Shown here piece by piece: positions 1-7,551 of a DNA stretch of 57,305 nucleotides. The position numbers were made by a program, and so were the translations under genes. The notes beneath the pieces are model-generated. The model worked only from the letters and a program-made list of their open reading frames with translations, had not been told where the DNA came from and did not search any database. The stretch is from contig DUMM01000118.1 of NCBI GenBank assembly GCA_012839845.1, positions 1 through 57,305 on the forward strand. The letters run 5' to 3'. Every line of letters starts with the position of its first letter. Positions within the stretch are counted from its first letter, which is position 1. Source of the stretch: Bacillota bacterium (GTDB taxonomy: Bacteria; Bacillota; Limnochordia; DTU087).

Positions 1-45
1 GGTGGGTCTCCTTTCTGAGGTATTTGGTTTTTCTTCCAAACCCAT

Positions 46-74
46 AATATCTCAGGGATACCCACCTTTTGCAA
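46..74 (-). promoter_or_regulatory. Candidate sigma-A promoter firing leftward toward a gene that starts just outside the window
   Basis: Minus strand reads TTGCAA (69-74), a 17-nt spacer, then TGaGATATT (46-54). A GGAG Shine-Dalgarno (revcomp of 7-12) lies at the window edge. Confidence 0.3.
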
Positions 75-146
75 TATTATTTTCAAACGATTAAACTTCT
101 GTGAACGAAACTCTGGTCGGTCTACTTTGAAGTCACAGAGGAAATA

Positions 147-175
147 TTGACAATTGTAGCTACCCGTGTTATATT
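147..175 (+). promoter_or_regulatory. Sigma-A type promoter with extended -10
   Basis: TTGACA at 147-152, a 17-nt spacer, TG at 167-168, and TATATT at 170-175. Confidence 0.6.
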
Positions 176-264
176 ATAACTGCAAGCATAATGTATACAG
201 AATACACGAGTGGAACGCATGGGTATAGACGTAGGCAGTCGGTTATTCTGAAAGGGGTGATCCC

Positions 265-435
265 TTGATAATCGCTTTCGGAAACCGGGAGATTACCATC
301 AAAGTTCGCCAGCAGCCGCAGCCGGAAATTGCGGAGAGGGTCTACCGTCAAATCCAAAGAGAGAAGCAAATTGAGCGCGAGCGGGATGCCGCCTATGTCC
401 GTTTGCTGTTCGGCCAGGGAGTACATTTGAACTAG
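265..435 (+). CDS. Small hypothetical protein, 56 aa (MIIAFGNREITIKVRQQPQPEIAERVYRQIQREKQIERERDAAYVRLLFGQGVHLN). It is below the ORF-track length cutoff.
   Basis: TTG start 5 nt after AAAGGGGTGA (251-260) and TAG stop at 433-435. It lies between a strong promoter (147-175) and a strong terminator (455-504). I recognise no family. Confidence 0.5.
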   Translation: MIIAFGNREITIKVRQQPQPEIAERVYRQIQREKQIERERDAAYVRLLFGQGVHLN

Positions 436-454
436 CCGCCAAGACGAAAAAGAG

Positions 455-504
455 AACTGCGATGCTCTACCCCCTTGGGTAGTAGGCATCGCAGTTTGTC
501 TTTT
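455..504. terminator. Bidirectional rho-independent terminator
   Basis: Perfect 11-bp stem AACTGCGATGC (455-465) / GCATCGCAGTT (486-496), plus an inner CTACCC/GGGTAG pairing. TGTCTTTT follows on the plus strand and CTCTTTTTCGTCTT on the minus strand. It sits between convergent genes. Confidence 0.8.
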
Positions 505-572
505 AGTTGCAGCTGAAACAAGAACCTAACCCGTACTTGCTGTTGTCTACCATGAGCAGTGACTGCTGATTA

Positions 573-2183
573 CTAGTTCACAAAACCTAGAATCAATGCC
601 AGCACCGCAGCAATGGTGGCGATGTTAGCCGCGCTCTTCAGGCTTTGATTCTGCTTTTCGGCGTGAGCTTTATAACTGTTGAACTCGTCCCTCAACTCTT
701 GCAACTGGCGTTCCAGCCGCTGCTCCCGCATCAAAGCGGCATTAAGCTGGGCAGAAGACTGGGCCATTACCCGATCATCGACTGCGGCCAATGTAGTCTC
801 CGCTTCGTTGATCCGCTCCTGGAGCACGAAGACCGCTTCCTGCAGCTCTGCGACGTGATCCCGCAAATCGGCGAGATCTTTACTGTCAGCTGCCGCGCCT
901 TGCTGGAGGAGGTTTGTCCGCTTATCCAGAGCTGCGATCTTCTGCGATATGTTGGTCAGATCCGTCTGAACCGCCTCGAGACTTCTTACCAAATCTTGAC
1001 GGAGGTTGCTGACATCCTTCATCAACTGTCCGTCAGCGGAAGCCATGGCCTCTCCCTGTTTTTGGACCTGTTCCTTGAGTGCCAGCAGGTCCTGAGCCAG
1101 TGAAGCAGTCTCGTCGGTTCGAGTCTGCCTCTCCTGCGCAGCTGCCTGCTTCAACTGGCTGAGCTCCTCGGCAAGCTGGGCTTCCCTCTCCAAGCTCTTC
1201 TCCTGCCAGCTGGCCAATCCTTCTTCGACTGCGGAAAGCCGCTGTGCAACATCGGACAATCCCTCTTGTACTCTGTTGATCTCAGCTGCCAGCTCGGCAT
1301 CGCTTTCTTGCATCGCTTGCTGCAGGAGGCTCAAAGCTGCATCCCGCTCTGCGAAACTGCTCGCCACCTTTACACCTAAAGCCTCCTCCAAAGCCACCAG
1401 TGAGTCACTATGGAGAGCAAGCATCCGGGAGTGTTCATCCAGCTTTGCCTCTGCAGCCATAACGGCAGCATCGGTATCGGCCAGCGCTGCCGCCTGCTTG
1501 GCAACCTCATCTTCTAATCTTTGAATTCTGAGGCCTTGGTCGGCGGTCTGCCGGCCCAGTTGTGCATCAGCAGCATCCAACCTCTGAGCCGTATCGGCTA
1601 CCTGCTGCTGCAGGGCAGCAATCTCAGCTAAGATAGCAGCCGCTTGTTCCTGAATAGAGGTGCGGATAGCCGCGTCCTCCTGCTCCATCGTATCAATGAC
1701 CTTTGTCACGGTCTCATCTATCACTTGGACCCGACGCTGTGTCTCATCAACAGCAGCCGACAGCTGCTCTCTTTGGTTGTACCAGCGCACAAGTTCATCC
1801 CTAAACTCCGTGGATAAAGTCCGCAAAAGCTGGAGATCTTCCTGGGTTACACCCAGCCGTCCTTTCTCAATCTCAACCAGCAAGCGCCCGACTACGGAAG
1901 CCAATGTATACCTGTCGACGGGCCGCTGACCCTGAAAAGTCCCATCGCTGTACAGGGCAAGGTAGCCCTCCTGGACCAATTTCTGCACACCTTCATAGGC
2001 CCAATGGTCTTTAGGTACATCGCTGATGGGCTGCGCAGTATCTTGGGCTAAAGCCGAGCCCACCAGGCTTCCCAACATCACCAGCATGACCAGCACTGAA
2101 ATTCCTGCTCTCCGTACTCTCCTGAGCTCCATCTGTTCCCGCCCCCTGTCAGTCTTGTTTGCTCCTCGAGTTGTCATCGGCAC
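573..2183 (-). CDS. SLH-domain / long coiled-coil / C-terminal TM-anchor protein (Omp-alpha-like envelope tether)
   Basis: Signal peptide (ISVLVMLVMLGSLVGSALAQD). A single SLH motif (DVPKDHWAYEGVQKLVQEGYLALYSDGTFQGQRPVDRYTLASVV). About 400 aa of Q/E/A/L-rich heptad-like sequence. A hydrophobic C-terminus (ANIATIAAVLALILGFVN). Start is GTG at 2183, or ATG at 2177 or 2132. Confidence 0.8.
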   Translation of the reverse strand: MPMTTRGANKTDRGREQMELRRVRRAGISVLVMLVMLGSLVGSALAQDTAQPISDVPKDHWAYEGVQKLVQEGYLALYSDGTFQGQRPVDRYTLASVVGRLLVEIEKGRLGVTQEDLQLLRTLSTEFRDELVRWYNQREQLSAAVDETQRRVQVIDETVTKVIDTMEQEDAAIRTSIQEQAAAILAEIAALQQQVADTAQRLDAADAQLGRQTADQGLRIQRLEDEVAKQAAALADTDAAVMAAEAKLDEHSRMLALHSDSLVALEEALGVKVASSFAERDAALSLLQQAMQESDAELAAEINRVQEGLSDVAQRLSAVEEGLASWQEKSLEREAQLAEELSQLKQAAAQERQTRTDETASLAQDLLALKEQVQKQGEAMASADGQLMKDVSNLRQDLVRSLEAVQTDLTNISQKIAALDKRTNLLQQGAAADSKDLADLRDHVAELQEAVFVLQERINEAETTLAAVDDRVMAQSSAQLNAALMREQRLERQLQELRDEFNSYKAHAEKQNQSLKSAANIATIAAVLALILGFVN

Positions 2184-2189
2184 CCTTAC

Positions 2190-4223
2190 CTATCTGGTAA
2201 TGGTCACGGGTAACTCCATGGGTCCCAATTCGATCACCTGACCATTAGTGGTGACCAGCTTAGTCGCTGCCAGCTGAACCGAACCGGTACCTTCAGCAAG
2301 CGTCAAGAAACGAATTGAACATAGGTTGCCGGTTAATCGACCAGGTCCCAGCTGCGAAAGGCCTTGCAGTTTAACCCAAACTGTCCCCTGCACCTGCTGC
2401 ACATCTACCTCCATGGTAGCAGCATCCTTCACAGCGGCCAAAGGTGCGAGGGCTTCGCCCCGCTCTACTCCCAGCCGACCTCCCACTACTCGCAGCAGGT
2501 CTGCCGGAAACTTCAGGAAGAACTCTGCTGCTTCGATGTTCTTCAAGTTATAACCTTTAACAGCGATTTTTGCAGGTTCCCCGACCGTTGCGGGACTGGC
2601 CCCTTCCATGACAAGCCTGATCATCTGCGGCAGCTGCGGTATGTTGATGAATTCATTGACAATCACCGGTTCGGTGGCGCCGGATTCGACTATGACGGAA
2701 TACGGCAGACTATCGCTGGCCACATCAGTCGGAACTAGGAACCACTGAACCACGACGGACTCGCCGGGCCCTAAATCCCCGCTGAGCTTTGTCCGCCCCT
2801 CACCGGGGGCTAGCTGAAGTCCTAAGGGAGCCTGCCATTGAGCGTGAACCCACGGAGCATCCATCTCACCCACATTGGTAATGGTAGCCCGGACTGCAAA
2901 AGGCACAGGCTGCAGGCTTCCATCTTCGATCAAGAGGCGAGGCGGTGCGGAGACTTTCACCTGCAGCTCCGCCGGTTTGGCAATCTTTACCTGCCGCCGC
3001 ACTCGGTTCGGCTCGCTGTTGGCAGCCTCAACCCTGACCTCATATGAGATCTCGCCCGTAACCTCTTTGGCTACCTCTACCTGCCAGGCCACCTGCACCG
3101 ACCTACCTACATCCAGGTTGCCGAGGCTGCTGGTGGGCTCCTGGGCAGAGACGAGGGTTACCCCCTTAGGCAGTTGAATGGAGATCACGACATCCCTGGC
3201 CTCACCTTCCCCGGTGTTCTCGAGATAGGCGACGATTGGGAACCGTGTAGGCGCATCGGGAGCGTGGGACACCACAGCAGGTGAAGTAACTCCCAAGGAC
3301 AACTTTCCTGGGGCGATGGTTATGCCGCCGAGTCCATAGTAGGTGACCCAGGTAACACTTTCACCGGGTTCCAAGGTGACCGGGTTCCAAAACATGGCAA
3401 TTGCCGAATCCAGCTCAAACTCACCTTTCCGCAAAAACACGCGGCCGGGTTCAAAATCAAAATCCCAGATGCTTTCCGCTAATACTCCCCAGTTGGTGAA
3501 GTACACCCGATCAGGGGGCGTTACCCCCGGGCCCCGCAAAGTCCCTTGGGACATAACCTGCGGATCCGCAAGGGAATCGAAGGCCTGCCAAAACTCAGGT
3601 ATTGCCTCTCCGCTGAAGAAAGTATCGGTTGTTATGGCCTGCTGTTCTACCCTAAAGGGGGCGCCATCGTTGGCACCCAGCATTGTGTCCAGCATCAGCC
3701 GCATCGATACCCTATGGGAGACGGAGTCTTCATTTGTCAAGGTGTAGGCAATGCGAGCTGTGTCCTGCAGACCCGTGGTGCTGCTTCGGGTAAAGCTGAG
3801 TATTTGCTCAACCTTCACTGGTCCCAGTTTGTATACCGTGCTGATGGCATTCCCCTGGATGATTTCTGGCCCTGAGATCCGCTCGCCAAAAGGTCCCTGT
3901 CTGCCGGCAGAGGTGCGGGTAGGACCGCCAAAAACGTAACTTGCACCATCCACTTGAATAGTAGTGTAAGAGGTCCATGGGTTTGCCATGCCGTATACCA
4001 AAGGCTTGTTTTCATCGCCTATTCTGTCGGGGTCTCCGCCGGTGGTACTGACAGAAAACCGGCCGGTATTCTCCTCGCCTGCATTGACGATGATGGAGAT
4101 ATAATCATTGGCTATGATGATGTTGTTGTTGCCAATGCTGTCTTCAACTTCTGCATAGGCATTCGCCGTACCACAGGCAATCAACATCCCCACGACCAGG
4201 GTAACTGCCAACCAGCGCCGCAT
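2190..4223 (-). CDS. Predicted lipoprotein or secreted multidomain surface protein: unknown ~300-aa N-terminal domain, two CARDB/NEW3-like Ig-fold modules, and a C-terminal cohesin-like domain
   Basis: Signal peptide with lipobox LIAC (MRRWLAVTLVVGMLIACG). CARDB-like stretches (AYLENTGEGEARDVVISIQLP..., ATITNVGEMDAPWVHAQW...). The C-terminal ~140 aa resemble cohesin (FFLKFPADLLRVVGG...GNLCSIRFLTLAEGTGSV). Domain names come from pattern memory only. Confidence 0.6.
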   Translation of the reverse strand: MRRWLAVTLVVGMLIACGTANAYAEVEDSIGNNNIIIANDYISIIVNAGEENTGRFSVSTTGGDPDRIGDENKPLVYGMANPWTSYTTIQVDGASYVFGGPTRTSAGRQGPFGERISGPEIIQGNAISTVYKLGPVKVEQILSFTRSSTTGLQDTARIAYTLTNEDSVSHRVSMRLMLDTMLGANDGAPFRVEQQAITTDTFFSGEAIPEFWQAFDSLADPQVMSQGTLRGPGVTPPDRVYFTNWGVLAESIWDFDFEPGRVFLRKGEFELDSAIAMFWNPVTLEPGESVTWVTYYGLGGITIAPGKLSLGVTSPAVVSHAPDAPTRFPIVAYLENTGEGEARDVVISIQLPKGVTLVSAQEPTSSLGNLDVGRSVQVAWQVEVAKEVTGEISYEVRVEAANSEPNRVRRQVKIAKPAELQVKVSAPPRLLIEDGSLQPVPFAVRATITNVGEMDAPWVHAQWQAPLGLQLAPGEGRTKLSGDLGPGESVVVQWFLVPTDVASDSLPYSVIVESGATEPVIVNEFINIPQLPQMIRLVMEGASPATVGEPAKIAVKGYNLKNIEAAEFFLKFPADLLRVVGGRLGVERGEALAPLAAVKDAATMEVDVQQVQGTVWVKLQGLSQLGPGRLTGNLCSIRFLTLAEGTGSVQLAATKLVTTNGQVIELGPMELPVTITR

Positions 4224-4280
4224 TAATCACCAGCCCCCTAACTGTACCGTCGATGACTTTGGCGGTTCATCGCTGAACTC

Positions 4281-5189
4281 TCACTCATTTCGCACATACC
4301 GAACGCCGTCGTACATAATCGATACCCTGAAGTCCGGCGGGCCGCTAAAAGAAACCGTTATTGACAGGATATAATCTTCCAGCAGCGGCTCCATGCGCCA
4401 TCCGTTTTGGATGGTCAACCGCGCGACTTCATCTAAACTTGCTGTTCCAGAAGACTGAATGATGTCAATGCGGGTTGCTCTAGTAGACCCTTTCGGCACA
4501 TACGCCTCCAGTTTAACGGTACCTGCCAGACCTTCGTTAATGGCATTCTTGGGGTACTGAATCCGCCCACCGCCTGACACTAAAGTGCTTGCTGCCGGTA
4601 GTGGCGGCAGCGGCGGCGGCTGCGGCGTTCTTTCTTCCTCCAAGCCGCTCTCTGCCGAAGTATTCGAACTGCTTGTCTCACCGGCGTCTGCAGAATTACC
4701 TGCGGCCATGACAGCTTCTTGACCGTGTTCACTGGTGAGGACTTGCTCACCGTTCCTATCCGGCTGGGCCAAAGCCTGCTCGCTGGTTGCGGGTTGCTGC
4801 TCCGGCACAATTCTAGTATCGGCAGCTTTCACATCCTCCTGCGGAGGCGGCGTGGGATCCTGAGGCTTTGGTGCAGCTTCTGGTTGAGTCTGGGTTACCT
4901 GAGTCTTAGCTGTCTCAACAGGCTCCGGTTCTTGTTTCGCTGGCGTGGCGGTCTGGCGGTTGGGTGTCTGCTGCTGGGGCTGCTGTCTGGTCACCTGAGT
5001 TCTGGCAGGCTGCTGCACCTCTATGGGTACAACAGAAATAATCCCGCCGCCCGGACCGGCAAAAAGACCAGGTCCCACCGCAAAATCCCAGCGGGGAAAG
5101 ACAAAAAACAGCATGGCGTGGAGAATTAGTGAGATGAAAACATAAGCCCCAAAGGACCGGTCCAAGTCATCGCCGTTGTACACTGCCAC
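4281..5189 (-). CDS. tonB: TonB-family energy transducer
   Basis: N-terminal TM with a conserved His (FISLILHAMLFFVF). Pro/Gln/Glu-rich spacer (QEPEPVE...PKPQDPTPPPQ, PQPPPLPPLP). C-terminal TonB_C-like domain (IQYPKNAINEGLAGTVKLEAYV...). Confidence 0.8.
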   Translation of the reverse strand: MAVYNGDDLDRSFGAYVFISLILHAMLFFVFPRWDFAVGPGLFAGPGGGIISVVPIEVQQPARTQVTRQQPQQQTPNRQTATPAKQEPEPVETAKTQVTQTQPEAAPKPQDPTPPPQEDVKAADTRIVPEQQPATSEQALAQPDRNGEQVLTSEHGQEAVMAAGNSADAGETSSSNTSAESGLEEERTPQPPPLPPLPAASTLVSGGGRIQYPKNAINEGLAGTVKLEAYVPKGSTRATRIDIIQSSGTASLDEVARLTIQNGWRMEPLLEDYILSITVSFSGPPDFRVSIMYDGVRYVRNE

Positions 5190-5246
5190 ACCACCTCCCC
5201 TCCTCCAGCTGCAGCAGTATTAATAATGATCAATGGGTTTACCAAG

Positions 5247-5657
5247 CTATCTGCCCCGCGGTTCAACTGCAAGACCAAAACGATATCCTCCCAGCTGCCG
5301 AACAACATCCATCACTTGTACTACATAGTCATAGCGAGCCTCTCGGTCGGCCTTAATGATCACAAAAAGGTCTGGCCGCTTGTCCAGGGCGCTTTTAACT
5401 TCTGACCTGAGGGTATTGGTGTTGACCTGACGCTCGCCCAAAAACATCCGCCCATCCTTGGCTATGGAGATAGTGATCTGGCTGCTGGCCTGTCTATCGT
5501 AACTAGCTGCCCTGGGCAGTTCCAAATTCAAACCTGCGGGATGGGTCTTGAAAGTAGTAGCGAGCATAAAAAATACCAAGACAGAGAAAATAATGTCAAT
5601 TAGAGGCACGATTTGAACTGTTGGTTTCTTGTTGCGACCCATTCGACGGGCTATCAT
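5247..5657 (-). CDS. exbD: ExbD/TolR family biopolymer transport protein
   Basis: 136 aa. N-terminal TM contains the conserved Asp (VPLIDIIFSVLVFFML), followed by a periplasmic-type domain. The start overlaps the exbB stop by 1 nt. Confidence 0.85.
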   Translation of the reverse strand: MIARRMGRNKKPTVQIVPLIDIIFSVLVFFMLATTFKTHPAGLNLELPRAASYDRQASSQITISIAKDGRMFLGERQVNTNTLRSEVKSALDKRPDLFVIIKADREARYDYVVQVMDVVRQLGGYRFGLAVEPRGR

Positions 5658-6271
5658 CAGACATCACCCCTGGACTCGAAGATGGCCAACAGCTCAGACG
5701 CTCGCTTGTTGATATCAACCACCAAACGGTCTATGAGTCCGGAAAGATAGGAATAGATCAACGTGCCGGGGATAGCAATAACCAGACCGGCTGCAGTAGT
5801 GATCAGGGCCTCTGCAATCCCTGCGCTCAACGCGAGGGTGTCGTCCAAGCCGCCTATCGCCGTGATTACCTGAAAACTATTGATAATACCAGTCACTGTG
5901 CCCAAGAGTCCGAGCAAGGGAGCAGCGGTGATGATTGCGTCTAGAAGCCCCAATCGGCGTTCCATCCTATAAACTTCTTCACTAGCCGCTTCCTCCAACC
6001 GCTCCCGGATAAACTGCTTATCCTTATCGTAATGGGCAATGCCCGCCGCCAGCACCGCTGCAACGGGGCCTCTCGTCTTCTTGGCTATCTGGATGGCCTC
6101 CAGGATTTTCCCCTGCTGAAGGGCCAGTTTAATATCATCCATCAAATCTTCGGTGTCAACTCGGCAGCGAAGCAGGTAGACCAGTCTTTCTAAAGAGACA
6201 GCTACCATCAGAACAGAACACAGCAGTAAAGGGATCATTACCGGGCCGCCTCGGATAATTAAGTCCAGCAT
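5657..6271 (-). CDS. exbB: MotA/TolQ/ExbB family proton channel
   Basis: Three TM segments and the family motif PLLGLLGTVTGIINSF. I chose ATG at 6271 (MLDLIIRGGPVM) because GGAGG lies 8 nt upstream. The ORF-track start is 6298. Confidence 0.85.
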   Translation of the reverse strand: MLDLIIRGGPVMIPLLLCSVLMVAVSLERLVYLLRCRVDTEDLMDDIKLALQQGKILEAIQIAKKTRGPVAAVLAAGIAHYDKDKQFIRERLEEAASEEVYRMERRLGLLDAIITAAPLLGLLGTVTGIINSFQVITAIGGLDDTLALSAGIAEALITTAAGLVIAIPGTLIYSYLSGLIDRLVVDINKRASELLAIFESRGDV

Positions 6272-6486
6272 TGTAATTACCTCCACTCCGTCCCACATTC
6301 ATTGGGTAAGACTATTCGACAATCACGTACCATATCCTTCCTTGCTGTTATCTTGAGGGAAATCCTATGATAATTTCCTCTAAGGGCCTACGCACTTCCC
6401 TGATTTTCCCCCTTTGGCATTTTCGACAGGTTGAAAGATAACTCCTGCCGCCAGAACCCCATGCAGAACAAACAGGGACACGACAC

Positions 6487-6515
6487 GAATAGGGAAATAT
6501 CCCCAGGATAAGATA
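6487..6515 (+). promoter_or_regulatory. Candidate forespore-type (sigma-F/sigma-G) promoter for the SASP-like gene
   Basis: GAATA (6487-6491), a 14-nt spacer, then GGATAAGATA (6506-6515). This loosely resembles the GNATA ... GGnnAnAnTA / CATnnTA consensus. Matched by eye only. Confidence 0.3.
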
Positions 6516-6552
6516 CCAATGAGATGGTCTTGTGCGGGAGATGGGATCTATA

Positions 6553-6783
6553 ATGGATAGGGAATTGGAAACGGTAAGGGATCGAGCGATGAACCAGCTT
6601 AAGAATGATCTGGCAAAGGAAATGGGTCTATGGCATTTGGTGCAAACCGAAGGTTGGGGGGCATTGACTGCCAAAGACTGCGGCCGCATAGGCGGCAAGA
6701 TGGCGACGAAACTCAGTCCCAACATTCTGCGCAAGATTGCGCAGAAAGCGGAATGCAGGGTGAGTAAGGAGCGGGATCTTTAG
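6553..6783 (+). CDS. Alpha/beta-type small acid-soluble spore protein-like (divergent)
   Basis: NQLKNDLAKEMGL...LTAKDCGRIGGKMATKL matches the two conserved SASP blocks (K-x-E-I-A-x-E-x-G and G-x-V-GG-x-M-x-K-R-L). ATG at 6553 follows GGGAG (6536-6540). The ORF track begins at GTG 6532. Confidence 0.55.
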   Translation: MDRELETVRDRAMNQLKNDLAKEMGLWHLVQTEGWGALTAKDCGRIGGKMATKLSPNILRKIAQKAECRVSKERDL

Positions 6784-6818
6784 CAAAAAAAGGCGGTGAC
6801 TTTTCCGTCTACCGCCTT
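6784..6818. terminator. Rho-independent terminator for the minus-strand GNAT gene, possibly bidirectional
   Basis: Stem AGGCGGT (6791-6797) / ACCGCCT (6811-6817). A-run at 6785-6790 gives a U-tract on the minus strand. Confidence 0.65.
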
Positions 6819-6825
6819 ACGCCGC

Positions 6826-7380
6826 TTAACCTGCCAACTGCCGGGAATGGGGATAAAGCTTACGAAACTCCTCCTTCAAAATGCGCATCAGGTAAATCTC
6901 CCTGAAGTCCTGCGAGCCCCAGGTCCGAACCAGCTTGCCTTCTTTCTTGAAGCCGACCTTTTCGTAACATCGAATCGCAGCTTGATTGGCACTGGACACC
7001 CGCAGGTATATTCGGGACAGCTTCATTTCATCAAAGGCATAACTCAGCAGAGTGAGAACACTTTCCGCTCCGTAGCCTTTTCCCCTGTACTCGCTTTCGC
7101 CGATGCGAATACGCAGCTCAGCATCACCGCTGCGCCACGTAATATGGTCCAACTCAATGTCACCGATGGGAAGTCCATCCCGAGTGGTAATCACCAGCCG
7201 CCGGAGGCGGCGGTTGCTGCGCTGTTTTTGATACCACTCCTGGCAATCCATCAGTGTTTCGGGATAACCGTCATCCTCCATGTAATGCCCTACTTCTGGG
7301 TCCTTAGTCCACTTGACCAGCGCGGGGAAATCCGACGGCAGGATGGGCCGCAGGACGATCCGCTCCCCTTCGATTCTCAT
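6826..7380 (-). CDS. GNAT family N-acetyltransferase (RimJ/RimL-like)
   Basis: ERIVLRPILPSDFPALVKW...RGKGYGAESV...FKKEG is typical of GNAT. ATG at 7380 follows GAGAGGTGG with an 8-nt spacing. The ORF track extends to 7452. Confidence 0.8.
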   Translation of the reverse strand: MRIEGERIVLRPILPSDFPALVKWTKDPEVGHYMEDDGYPETLMDCQEWYQKQRSNRRLRRLVITTRDGLPIGDIELDHITWRSGDAELRIRIGESEYRGKGYGAESVLTLLSYAFDEMKLSRIYLRVSSANQAAIRCYEKVGFKKEGKLVRTWGSQDFREIYLMRILKEEFRKLYPHSRQLAG

Positions 7381-7551
7381 GGTTGCTGCCACCTCTCTGC
7401 CTGCAACATCTGCTGCGTTGTTAGTGCTGGGAAGGTTGTTTATATGGAACAACCGGCGAAAAACTGTTGGGTTAAGACTTCTACTTGAGAGGTGTCTAAC
7501 CTTCAGGCAATAGCAGCCATCTGTACCACCGGCCTGCAGCGGGAACAGCTG

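Noticed and set aside
169-489. A 106-aa minus-strand ORF at the left end.
   Set aside because: It overlaps the plus-strand promoter, the well-signalled 56-codon ORF and the terminator hairpin. It has no ribosome-binding site, and its sequence does not look protein-like.
6368-6374. A Fur-box-like TGATAAT upstream of exbB.
   Set aside because: Only one half-site is present. The partner half of the 7-1-7 repeat (ATTATCA) is absent, so iron regulation cannot be claimed.
6348-6734. A 128-aa minus-strand ORF, together with the 230-aa plus-strand ORF 6796-7488.
   Set aside because: The first overlaps the SASP-like gene and the AT-rich promoter region. The second is antisense to the GNAT gene. Neither has a recognisable family or translation signals.
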